DNA of 64,000 nucleotides from NCBI GenBank assembly GCA_965204495.1, contig OZ241989.1, positions 2,342,605 to 2,406,604 of the forward strand. Reading direction: 5' to 3'. Below, in pieces: positions 48,048 through 56,617 of the stretch. Under the pieces are notes generated by a model. The model was not told the origin of the DNA. It was given only the letters and a program-made list of their open reading frames with translations, and made no database searches. The DNA is from Candidatus Hopanoidivoransaceae bacterium. Lineage in GTDB: Bacteria; Actinomycetota; Acidimicrobiia; Acidimicrobiales; Hopanoidiivorantaceae. Numbering within the stretch: position 1 is the stretch's first letter; each line of letters begins with the position of its first letter. A program made the translations under genes and the position numbers.

Positions 48048-48971
48048 TTATTCTGAATTGGCTGAATCGTTGGGAGTTTGGTGGGGGTCGGGCTCGTCTG
48101 GCCAGATGCCGTCGTCTTCGCCCATTGTTAGTTTGAACATTTTTTTGAAGATTGGTAGGTGTTTGTTGAACTGATCCTCGGAATCTAGAAAAAACCCATA
48201 TCCATACGGATAAATTCCCTCAAAAATAGCTAAATTCTCAACTTTTGCCGTGACTTCTTCTGACCTACTTAGCATAAAGATTACATAAAGTTTGTTTTTG
48301 TAGTCAAAAAAACGCATTCTGTCATATTCTTCGCCATTAATTTGTGAAGCTATATATGTTTTAGTATAATAGAGTTTACTGTCAGTGATTTTCTTTAGAG
48401 CAGATTCAGCTAGTGTCAGCTGATCTTCAGATAAGTACTGCAGCCAATAGCACCTATCATATGTAGGAATATTTTTATGTTTCTTTGTAATAGCAAAATG
48501 ATCACGGGTATCTAAAATCTTCGTAAAACTCAGATATAAGCTGTCATTAATTATGTAAGCAGTGGCATCAATAGCAACTATCGGGATATTATGACTAAAA
48601 CGATATATAACATTGAAAAATCTGTTGCTTATTTCTTCAGCGACTAAGACAGCAGTGTGCTTGTAATTTGGATATAGTCTTTCCTCAACATCCCAGTATT
48701 CTATTGTCCGAAAGATACGCGACTCATCAGTTGTGCCTAACTGCAATTCAACTTCATACCTTTCAGCCTCATTGCCTAACAGCAGATCAAGTCTTCCACC
48801 ACTGGGTTGACGTCGCTGCCTTTGATATGGTCTTAAATCACCTAAACCAAGAATGCTTGGATTTTTAAAGATTGCATCCTCCAACCAACGCTCATTTATT
48901 CCCAGATCTCTCAACCACAGGGGCTTCAACAGGGTGAAGTCTTTGTCTTCGACTTCATTTGCGGCGTTCAT
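48048..48971 (-). CDS. PD-(D/E)XK-like nuclease-fold protein (NucS/DUF-type), AT-rich
   Basis: 307 aa. GGRLDLLLGNEAERYEVELQLGTTDESRIFRTIEYWD fits the G.(I/L)D(L/I)...E.ELK/Q core of PD-(D/E)XK nucleases. ATGA overlap with the rpsA stop. Confidence 0.55.
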   Translation of the reverse strand: MNAANEVEDKDFTLLKPLWLRDLGINERWLEDAIFKNPSILGLGDLRPYQRQRRQPSGGRLDLLLGNEAERYEVELQLGTTDESRIFRTIEYWDVEERLYPNYKHTAVLVAEEISNRFFNVIYRFSHNIPIVAIDATAYIINDSLYLSFTKILDTRDHFAITKKHKNIPTYDRCYWLQYLSEDQLTLAESALKKITDSKLYYTKTYIASQINGEEYDRMRFFDYKNKLYVIFMLSRSEEVTAKVENLAIFEGIYPYGYGFFLDSEDQFNKHLPIFKKMFKLTMGEDDGIWPDEPDPHQTPNDSANSE

Positions 48972-50908
48972 TTTGTTTCTTCGTTTTCCGCCATGGCAGG
49001 CTCGGCGGCCTCTGTTTCATTGGATTCTGTTGATGCCTCTGCTGTCGGTTCTGCTACTTCATCAGCTTCCATAGCCTCTTCGGCAGCTTCCCCAGCATCA
49101 TCAGCAGCATCCCCAGCCTCACCATCCGCAGGTTGGGCTTCGCGGACTGCGTAGGTGAACTCTGGTTTTGGATCTGGCTCGCCAGCGGCAACAGCGTCGC
49201 CAGCCGCGCTTGAGTCGGAACCCTCCGAAGCAGCACCGCTGAGTTGGTCGGCGTAGTATTCGGCCCAGGCTTCGTCTGAGTCTGAGGCTATGCTGGCTTC
49301 GGTGAAGCCTACATAGTTGCCTTCGTCGTCGTAGGCGTGTTCGCCGAAGTGTTCTTGGTATTCGGCTGCTACCACTCCGCCTTCGGCGGCTTGCTTGACT
49401 GAGAGGCTGATGCGGCGGCTGGGGAGGTCTATGGATACTATCTTCACCCAGAGTTCTTCGCCGGGGGTCACGACCTGCTCGGCTTTTTCCACATGGGTTG
49501 TCGCCAGCTCTGATATGTGCACCAGACCTTCCACCACATCGCCCACTTGCACGAATGCTCCGAAGGGCACCGTCTTGGTGATGCGACCGTAGACCAGCTC
49601 GCCGACTTGATGCGTCTCGGCGAACTCTTCCCACGGATCGCGCTGGGTGGCTTTCATGGAAAGGCTCACACGCTCCCTTTCGGTGTCCACTTCCAGCACT
49701 TTGACTTTTACTTCGTCTCCCACATTCACCACATCGGTGGGATGACTCACATGCTTCCACGACAGCTCCGAGACATGCACGAGGCCGTCCATGCCGCCCA
49801 TATCCACGAAAGCACCGAAATGCACTATGGATGCGACCACGCCCGTGCGTATCTCCCCCACCTTCAGGTCGCCGAGAATCTGCTCACGCTGCTCGCGCTG
49901 GCTTTCTTGCAGCCATTCACGCCTGGACAACACCACATTGTTGCGGATTCTGTCGATCTCCAAGATTTTGGCTTCAAGTGTCTGCCCTAGATACGGCTGA
50001 AGATCGCGCACCCTTCGCAGATCCACCAGCGAAGCCGGCAGAAAGCCGCGCAGTCCGACATCCATGATGAGACCGCCCTTGACGGCTTCTATGACGGTGC
50101 CTTTGACGATGCCGTCGCCTTCTTTGATGGCAATGATGCTGTCCCAAGCTCGTTCGTATTGGGCGCGCTTTTTGGAAAGAATTAGCCGGCCTTCACGGTC
50201 TTCGCGATGCAGCACGGAAGCTTCAATCACATCGCCGACTTTCACGATCTCGTGGGTCTCCACATCTCTGCGGATGGAAAGCTCTCTGGCGTAGATCACG
50301 CCTTCGGATTTGAATCCGATGTCCAGCAGCACCTCGTCTTCGTCTACTTGCACGACTGTGCCTGTGACGACATGCCCTTCGGTGACGGGTATCATCGTCT
50401 CCTCATAGGCGCTGGTGAGGTCTTCTTCAGGGTCGTAGGCGACTATCGGGGTGCCTTGAAGAGTTTCGGACGACTCTAAGGCAGCATCAAGAGACGCAAG
50501 ATCATCTGGCGAGGCTGCGTCTGGAGCGTCCGCATCTGGGGAGACTGAATAGGCTGAGACGCTCGGCTCTGGGTTGGCAGAAGTTGAATTTTCGCCGTTT
50601 GCTGAATCGCTGTTTGCTGAATCGCTGTTTGCTGAATTTTCGGCGGAGGTTGTGTCGTTATCAGCGGAAGCTGTGTCGGCAATTGGGTTGTCGGGTGAGG
50701 TGTCGGGGGAGGCAGATTCCGAAGCTGTTGTCGGATCTTGGGTTATTGTGTCGGTCACGGGTTGCTCTTGTGTCGGGGACAATGGACGCTTAATCCTACA
50801 GGAATTGTCAAGAATTGCCGCACTTGCCGATTTATCATGCTTGATTACCACCCTGCTTGCTTCAATTTGCTTCTGCTTGCTTACCGTACTGCTTGCTTCA
50901 ATGCCCAC
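48968..50908 (-). CDS. rpsA: 30S ribosomal protein S1 with long low-complexity N- and acidic C-terminal extensions
   Basis: 646-aa ORF with four or more S1 domains (GHVVTGTVVQVDEDEVLLDIGFKSEG, GIVKGTVIEAVKGGLIMDVG.RGFLPAS, GEIRTGVVASIVHFGAFVDMGGMDGLVHVSE, GELVYGRITKTVPFGAFVQV...GLVHISE). The true start may be internal, since the first ~165 aa are Ser/Asp/Ala/Asn-rich. Confidence 0.9.
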   Translation of the reverse strand: MGIEASSTVSKQKQIEASRVVIKHDKSASAAILDNSCRIKRPLSPTQEQPVTDTITQDPTTASESASPDTSPDNPIADTASADNDTTSAENSANSDSANSDSANGENSTSANPEPSVSAYSVSPDADAPDAASPDDLASLDAALESSETLQGTPIVAYDPEEDLTSAYEETMIPVTEGHVVTGTVVQVDEDEVLLDIGFKSEGVIYARELSIRRDVETHEIVKVGDVIEASVLHREDREGRLILSKKRAQYERAWDSIIAIKEGDGIVKGTVIEAVKGGLIMDVGLRGFLPASLVDLRRVRDLQPYLGQTLEAKILEIDRIRNNVVLSRREWLQESQREQREQILGDLKVGEIRTGVVASIVHFGAFVDMGGMDGLVHVSELSWKHVSHPTDVVNVGDEVKVKVLEVDTERERVSLSMKATQRDPWEEFAETHQVGELVYGRITKTVPFGAFVQVGDVVEGLVHISELATTHVEKAEQVVTPGEELWVKIVSIDLPSRRISLSVKQAAEGGVVAAEYQEHFGEHAYDDEGNYVGFTEASIASDSDEAWAEYYADQLSGAASEGSDSSAAGDAVAAGEPDPKPEFTYAVREAQPADGEAGDAADDAGEAAEEAMEADEVAEPTAEASTESNETEAAEPAMAENEETK

Positions 50909-50958
50909 AGCTTCGCTTCACCCCCCCCTGCTCGCTTCACCCCCCCCCTGCCCCCTCC

Positions 50959-53721
50959 TCAACCTTTAGCGTCAGCCCAGGTTTTGCCTGTCGCCACGCT
51001 CACCACGAGCGGCACGACCAATTCGTACGCACCAGCCATAGTTTCCCGCACCAGCTCTATGGCAGCCTCCTGCTCGGCGACAGGAACTTCCAAGATGATC
51101 TCGTCATGCACCTGCAACACGATGAACCCGGAAAGCCCACGGGCTGTGATCTCTTTATCCACCTTCACCAGAGCGTCTTTGAAAATGTCGGCGGCCAAGC
51201 CTTGAATGCCTGCGTTCATTGCTTGGCGGGCAGCGGCGTTGTAGCGAACCGCTGGCATATCGCGTGACAAATCCGGAAACAAGCGACGGCGTCCGTAAAG
51301 AGTTTCCGTGTAGCCTCGCTCTTCGGTTTCTGCCACCACATCATCCATGTATCCCTTCACCTTGTGAAACGCGCCGAAGTAGTTGTCCATTATCTCTTGG
51401 GCTTCTTCGTTGGGAATGTCCATGCGCTGCGCCAGACCGAAAGCCTCCATGCCGTAAACCAACCCGTAAGAGACGGCTTTCGCCCTTGAACGCTGCTCAA
51501 AGGTGACTTCCTCGGCGGGAGTTTCAAACACCCGCGAAGCCACAGCCACATGCACATCGTCTCCGGCGGTGAAAGCCGCTATCAGACCGGGATCGTTCGC
51601 CAGATGAGCTATGCAGCGCAGCTCAATCTGGTCGTAGTCGGCCACCACCAGCACCGATCCTTCGGGGGCCACGAAAGCTCGCCGAAACTGCCGCCCTTGT
51701 TCTGTGCGCACAGGAATGTTGTGAAGATTGGGAGACTCGGAACTCAGCCTGCCAGTGCGTGCGCCTATCTGGTTGAAGTCGGCGTGGATGCGCCCATCGT
51801 CTTTCACTTCTTTGAGCAGACCTTCGCCGTAGGTGGAGCGAAGTTTTTCCACTTCGCGGTATTCCAAAAGCAGCTCTATTATGGGATGCTGACCCCGCAA
51901 TTTCTGCAAAGTTCCGGCATCGGTGGAAGGTCCCCGCTTGGTCTGCTTCAGCGGAATCAAGCCTAAGTCCTCAAACAGAACCTTCTGAAGCTGCTTGGGC
52001 GAGTTAGGGTTGAAGTCGGCGTTTTCATCGCCTGCGGCTTTGTGGATTTCGCCTCGCAGCCGTTCGACTTCGGATTTCAAGTTTTCGTTCAAGCGTTCAA
52101 GCTCGGAACGATCCACCCCCACGCCGTGATGTTCCATCTTCGCCAAGACCGGCACCAGCGGCATTTCCACATTCGTGAAAAGATCCGACATGCCCTGCTC
52201 TGACAAGGCATTCGCGAGCGGTTCGCACAGCCACGCCACAGCCAAAGCCTCTTGGGTCGCCTTTTGCTTGGCCAGTTCAGCTTCGCACAAGGTCGTTTCG
52301 GCTTCTTCCAGCGAGAGCTGGCCGTTCGTCTGCTCGGAAGGGGCCAGAATTTTGCTGGTGTATTTGCGCAGAAGCCGCTCCAGCTTCAGCGAAGCACCCT
52401 CCAAGCCGAGCAGGTATCCGGCTATTTCGGTGTCCATGCCGAGCCGTTCTACTTTGACGCCGCGCTGAGACACCGCCTTCATCCAAGGCTTCGCTCGGTG
52501 CGATGCGATGCTGCGCTTTGAAAATACCTCGCCGAACAGAGGCTTAACTTTGCCATCGTGGGCGACATCGGCAGGGATCCAAGCCACCTTGCCGGCCTCT
52601 TTGTCCAGCACTAGGGCGACTCCTCCCTGGTTCATGCTCACGCAAAGACGCCCTGTGCCATCCCCCCCTGTGCCATCCCCCGCTGCGCCCTCTGTCTCAG
52701 CATCCGCCAGAGAACCCAGCAGCTCCGCCGCCTCGCCGGAAGTCTCGCAAACCGTAATATCAGGTTCCAGAGGGTCGCCCGTGTTCATCTGCTGCTTAGA
52801 AAATTCCTCTTCGGGCATCCCTAAAGCCGCAGCCAGACGCTGTGCCAGAGTGTGTCCGAACTCCAGAGCCAGAAACTGCTTGCGCACCTCAACATGGTCG
52901 GGCGTTTCCAGTCCGAACTGCTTGATGTCTTCAGGCAGCTCCACATCTTTGAGCAAAGTCATCATCTCCCGGTTGAGATACATCACCTCTGCGTTGCCTT
53001 CCAGGGACTCCTTCAGCTTCGGGCTTTGCTCGTGGGCGTTAGCCAGGATGCCTTCAATGTCGCCGTAGCTTTCAATGAGTTTCGCAGCAGTTTTCTCGCC
53101 CACCCCCGGCACGCCCGGCAAGTTATCCGAAGTGTCGCCTCGCATGGCAGCATAATCCACATACTTGCTGGGAGGAACGCCTGCTTTGTCCATAACTTCT
53201 GCTTCGTCCATCAGCACGGGGTCGGTCACGCCCCTGCCAGATGGATACAGCACACGAACATGAGGCTCTTCATCTTTAACAAGCTGGAAAGTGTCTCGGT
53301 CGCCGCTCACCACCATGGTTCTGATGCCGTTCTCAGTGGCTTGAGCCGCACAGGTTGCCAGCACATCATCGGCTTCCACCCTGGGTATCTCCAAGTCGGT
53401 TATCTGGCAGGCCGCAAGCAGTTCCCGCAGCCACCCCAACTGCACGATGAAATCCGGCGGAGTAGCAGCGCGAGTGGCCTTGTAGGTAGAAACCTTCTCA
53501 TCGCGGAATGTCGGCCCCGGTGGATCGAACGCAACAGCCAGATATTTGGGCTGATGATCGCGAACAAGCTTCACCAGCATAGACATGAAGTTGTGCACCG
53601 CACCTGTCGGCCTGCCGTCGCTCAAAGTCATCTGATCTTTGAGAGCGTGATAGGCGCGGTAGGCCATGGAATGCCCGTCAATGACCATGAGAGTTTCGGG
53701 CCTCGCGCCCGCTTCGCTCAT
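50959..53721 (-). CDS. polA: DNA polymerase I
   Basis: 920 aa. 5'-3' exonuclease N-terminus (LMVIDGHSMAYRAYHAL..., GDTSDNLPGVPGVGEKTAAKL) and pol domain motifs (DYDQIELRCIAHLANDPGL, RSRAKAVSYGLVYGM, QVHDEIILEV). Confidence 0.95.
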   Translation of the reverse strand: MSEAGARPETLMVIDGHSMAYRAYHALKDQMTLSDGRPTGAVHNFMSMLVKLVRDHQPKYLAVAFDPPGPTFRDEKVSTYKATRAATPPDFIVQLGWLRELLAACQITDLEIPRVEADDVLATCAAQATENGIRTMVVSGDRDTFQLVKDEEPHVRVLYPSGRGVTDPVLMDEAEVMDKAGVPPSKYVDYAAMRGDTSDNLPGVPGVGEKTAAKLIESYGDIEGILANAHEQSPKLKESLEGNAEVMYLNREMMTLLKDVELPEDIKQFGLETPDHVEVRKQFLALEFGHTLAQRLAAALGMPEEEFSKQQMNTGDPLEPDITVCETSGEAAELLGSLADAETEGAAGDGTGGDGTGRLCVSMNQGGVALVLDKEAGKVAWIPADVAHDGKVKPLFGEVFSKRSIASHRAKPWMKAVSQRGVKVERLGMDTEIAGYLLGLEGASLKLERLLRKYTSKILAPSEQTNGQLSLEEAETTLCEAELAKQKATQEALAVAWLCEPLANALSEQGMSDLFTNVEMPLVPVLAKMEHHGVGVDRSELERLNENLKSEVERLRGEIHKAAGDENADFNPNSPKQLQKVLFEDLGLIPLKQTKRGPSTDAGTLQKLRGQHPIIELLLEYREVEKLRSTYGEGLLKEVKDDGRIHADFNQIGARTGRLSSESPNLHNIPVRTEQGRQFRRAFVAPEGSVLVVADYDQIELRCIAHLANDPGLIAAFTAGDDVHVAVASRVFETPAEEVTFEQRSRAKAVSYGLVYGMEAFGLAQRMDIPNEEAQEIMDNYFGAFHKVKGYMDDVVAETEERGYTETLYGRRRLFPDLSRDMPAVRYNAAARQAMNAGIQGLAADIFKDALVKVDKEITARGLSGFIVLQVHDEIILEVPVAEQEAAIELVRETMAGAYELVVPLVVSVATGKTWADAKG

Positions 53722-53833
53722 TTTGCTAGCCGCGACAGACCGGCCGAGTCAAAGTTCCGTGGTTCACTCTCAGACTGACTCTTACCTGATTTATCGCAAC
53801 AAAAGATCATCGCTCCGAAACGACTGCCGCTCC

Positions 53834-55000
53834 TCAGCCCGCAGGGGTTTCAGTGATGTCGGCTTCCAAATCCAGCCCGAAAAAGTCTGCGGGGTTCTCC
53901 AGCAGCACCTGCGAACGGATGGAGTCGTCCACTCTTGCGAAAGCATCCTCAATGAACTCTTGCGAGTCGGGGAAAGACCCCACAGAGTGCGGGAAATCGG
54001 AACCCCACATGATGTTGTCCCAAGGGATGAGGTCGGGCATGTCAAAGATCACAGGGTCGCGGATGATCCCGAAATGGCAGTGCTGGAGGATCAGCTCGCT
54101 CGGTTTGGCCGGCAAGTCCGCCTTGAACCAGTCGTGGAAGAGGTCGTAGTTGTCGTCCATGAAATAGAGGCTGCTGGGAAGCCAGCTTGCGTTCGTCTCG
54201 GCGAAGTAGAACTGGATGTTCTCAAAGCGAGTGAAGACGCCCGAGGCTATGAGCTGCGCCATGCAATAGACGGGCGCATGCGAGCCTGCCCTCTGGGTCA
54301 AGGCGTTGGCGAACGGCTCGCCAGATGTGCCAGTGCCCGGATTGATGGCAGGCGGGCGGATCTCACCGAAGCCGAAGTGGGGCGAGAGGCGGATGTTGAG
54401 GTCTTGCGCCAGCTCCCAGAAGCGGTCGTCTTCGGGGGCGGCATAGCCTGTGCCGTTGGGGAACTGGTAGAACGAGACGCTTCGCAGCCCGCGCTCAGCC
54501 ACGAATTCAAGCTCTTCCACGGCGTGTTCCACTCCGCTCACGGGCACCACCGCGTTGCCGATGAGACGGTCGGGGGCCGCAGAGCAATAGTCGTCGGCGA
54601 GGAAAGTGTTGTAGGCCCGAATCATGGAGCGGTATATCTCTGGGTCGGGGATGCCTTCCAAGAAGCGTGTCACGAACACGGGCGGGAAAAGCACCTCGGC
54701 GTCTATGCCGTCAAGGTCTTGCTCTCGCAGGCGTTGGTCGGCCGGGCCTGCGCCTTCGGCGGGGCTGCCGTCTGAGTTGAAGTAGGTGCCGCCTGAGAAC
54801 TTCACCTTGTCGCGGCCAGCGATGTTCTGCCCGTTGCGCAGCATCGGCTTGCCTTCAATCAGCCAAGCTTCGCCGCCTTCCGGCAGGTGTATCAGACGGG
54901 GCGCCCGGTCTTGCCACTCCTCTGGCACATATTTGACGAAGCCTTCCGGCGGTATCTCTATGTGTCCGTCACCTGAGATGACTTGATATTTGCGGCCCAT
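53834..55000 (-). CDS. Amidohydrolase-2 (ACMSD-like metal-dependent hydrolase) family protein
   Basis: 388 aa. ISGDGHIEIPPE at the N-terminus, ...DAEVLFPP..., SVSFYQFPNG..., MWGSDFPHS near the C-terminus (typical TIM-barrel amidohydrolase_2 markers, from memory). Confidence 0.7.
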   Translation of the reverse strand: MGRKYQVISGDGHIEIPPEGFVKYVPEEWQDRAPRLIHLPEGGEAWLIEGKPMLRNGQNIAGRDKVKFSGGTYFNSDGSPAEGAGPADQRLREQDLDGIDAEVLFPPVFVTRFLEGIPDPEIYRSMIRAYNTFLADDYCSAAPDRLIGNAVVPVSGVEHAVEELEFVAERGLRSVSFYQFPNGTGYAAPEDDRFWELAQDLNIRLSPHFGFGEIRPPAINPGTGTSGEPFANALTQRAGSHAPVYCMAQLIASGVFTRFENIQFYFAETNASWLPSSLYFMDDNYDLFHDWFKADLPAKPSELILQHCHFGIIRDPVIFDMPDLIPWDNIMWGSDFPHSVGSFPDSQEFIEDAFARVDDSIRSQVLLENPADFFGLDLEADITETPAG

Positions 55001-55143
55001 GTCGCCTCCTTTGCGTCGACTTTGAGTCGACTTCGTGTCTAACTGCTTGCTTCTATCTTAGACAGAGCGCGCATCTCAGGTAGGGCGCACTCCGAGGCTA
55101 TGGGGAAAACTGCTGGAGACCGCTCAGTTGGACCAGATGGTGC

Positions 55144-56340
55144 TCAGTTGGCCCAGATGGTGGAAATGGGAGGCGGTTCTTTCTGCCAAGCGTCAAACTT
55201 GGGCTTGGCTTGCTGGCGGAAGCCGTCGGTGCGGAAGTCGGTCGGCGAGGAGTCGAACTCGGGGATGACTTTCTGCCCGAACAGCTCTATCATCTCCAAG
55301 CACTCTTCGTATTCCACATCGTTCGGCACGCCGAACACGAGCTGGTCAATGCCCGACTCGGCAAACGGCTTCATCTGCTCGCAGACCTCATCGGGCGTGC
55401 CTGCCAGCAGCAGACCGCCATTGATGAGCATTTCTACCGTGTCCAAATCAAGCTGATGCGGAGGGTTGGGCCACCTGATGGATTCGGGGCCTATCGGGAA
55501 AGTGTCGTGATAGAGGGTCACCAAGGTAACTAGATAGCCGCTGCCTTTGCGCACGATCTGCTCGCGGGCGCGCTGTCCGTCTTCGGTGCAGCGCACGGCA
55601 CTGGTGATCATGAGGTTGTCATTCACGAATTGGCCCACGGCGTTTTCGCTGCTGCAGTTGGCGATGCCTTCTTTGTAGGCATTGATCTGCGGGGCCATGT
55701 CATAGACGGACGAGAAGGTGAAGCCGAGCGCGCCGATGCCGTGCTCGCCGGCTTTCTGATAGGTAGCGGGGCTGCCGCAGGCGACCCAGATGGGCGGATG
55801 ACCGCTGCCTGTGTAGGGCTTGGGGAGGATGTTGTGGGGGGTGTCCAACTGGAAGTGCTTGCCTTGGAAGGTGTAGTCTTTCTGCTCCCACATGCGAGGG
55901 ATCTCCCAGATCACTTCGTCCCACTCCGAGCGTGTGGAGGAGGTGTCGTGGATGTTGAAGGTGGCGACTTCGTGGCTGCCTGCGCCTCGCCCAGTGCCGA
56001 ATTCAAAGCGGCCTTCCAAGAGGTGATCCAGCATGGCGACTTTTTCTGCGCTCTTCACGGGGTGATTCACGCGGGGGCTGAGGTTGAAGATGCCGGAGCC
56101 CACATGAATCCGTTCGGTCACGCCGCCGAGATAGCCCGCAAAGGCTTCGTTGCACGAAAGATGGCTGTATTCGGGCAGAGCGTGATGCTCGGTGAGCCAC
56201 ACATACTTCCAGTTGTTCTGGTCGGCGCACTTGACCATCTCTATTTCCTTCATGAAGGCGTTGTGCTCCGCCTCTGGGTCGTGCGCTTTCTGGCCGGGCA
56301 GATACCCTTGAATGAAAAGTCCGAATTCCATCTCTTGCAA
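55144..56340 (-). CDS. LLM-class (luciferase-like) flavin-dependent oxidoreductase
   Basis: 398 aa. MEFGLFIQGY...WLTEHHALPEYSHLSCNEAFAGYLGG.TERIHVGSGIFNL...LDHLLEGRFEFGTGRGAG is the characteristic LLM N-terminal pattern. Confidence 0.85.
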   Translation of the reverse strand: MQEMEFGLFIQGYLPGQKAHDPEAEHNAFMKEIEMVKCADQNNWKYVWLTEHHALPEYSHLSCNEAFAGYLGGVTERIHVGSGIFNLSPRVNHPVKSAEKVAMLDHLLEGRFEFGTGRGAGSHEVATFNIHDTSSTRSEWDEVIWEIPRMWEQKDYTFQGKHFQLDTPHNILPKPYTGSGHPPIWVACGSPATYQKAGEHGIGALGFTFSSVYDMAPQINAYKEGIANCSSENAVGQFVNDNLMITSAVRCTEDGQRAREQIVRKGSGYLVTLVTLYHDTFPIGPESIRWPNPPHQLDLDTVEMLINGGLLLAGTPDEVCEQMKPFAESGIDQLVFGVPNDVEYEECLEMIELFGQKVIPEFDSSPTDFRTDGFRQQAKPKFDAWQKEPPPISTIWAN

Positions 56341-56617
56341 CCTCCTCGGTGCGAATGTTGAATGCTCTTTAAGAGGCTAACCCTATTTGCCTCAAAGGTG
56401 GCATCAGTTTCTTAAGGTAAAGTCGCTGAGATTTTTGCTCACCTCGCATCTAGCCATTAGTGCCGCCACAAGTCTGCCTAGTTCAGCACTTGCAGTTGAC
56501 GAGACCGCACGGAGTTGAGCAAGCATCAAGGATGACTACTCTTAGACTTATGCCTGTGGACAAGAACCCCCCTGCTTCATAGTGCTTCCCTTGATCGCCA
56601 AGCTGTAGGGGCTGAGA

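Noticed and set aside
52852-54775. ORFs 52852..53778 (+) and 53666..54775 (+), antisense to polA and the amidohydrolase
   Set aside because: Both overlap well-supported minus-strand genes. Neither has a recognisable motif.
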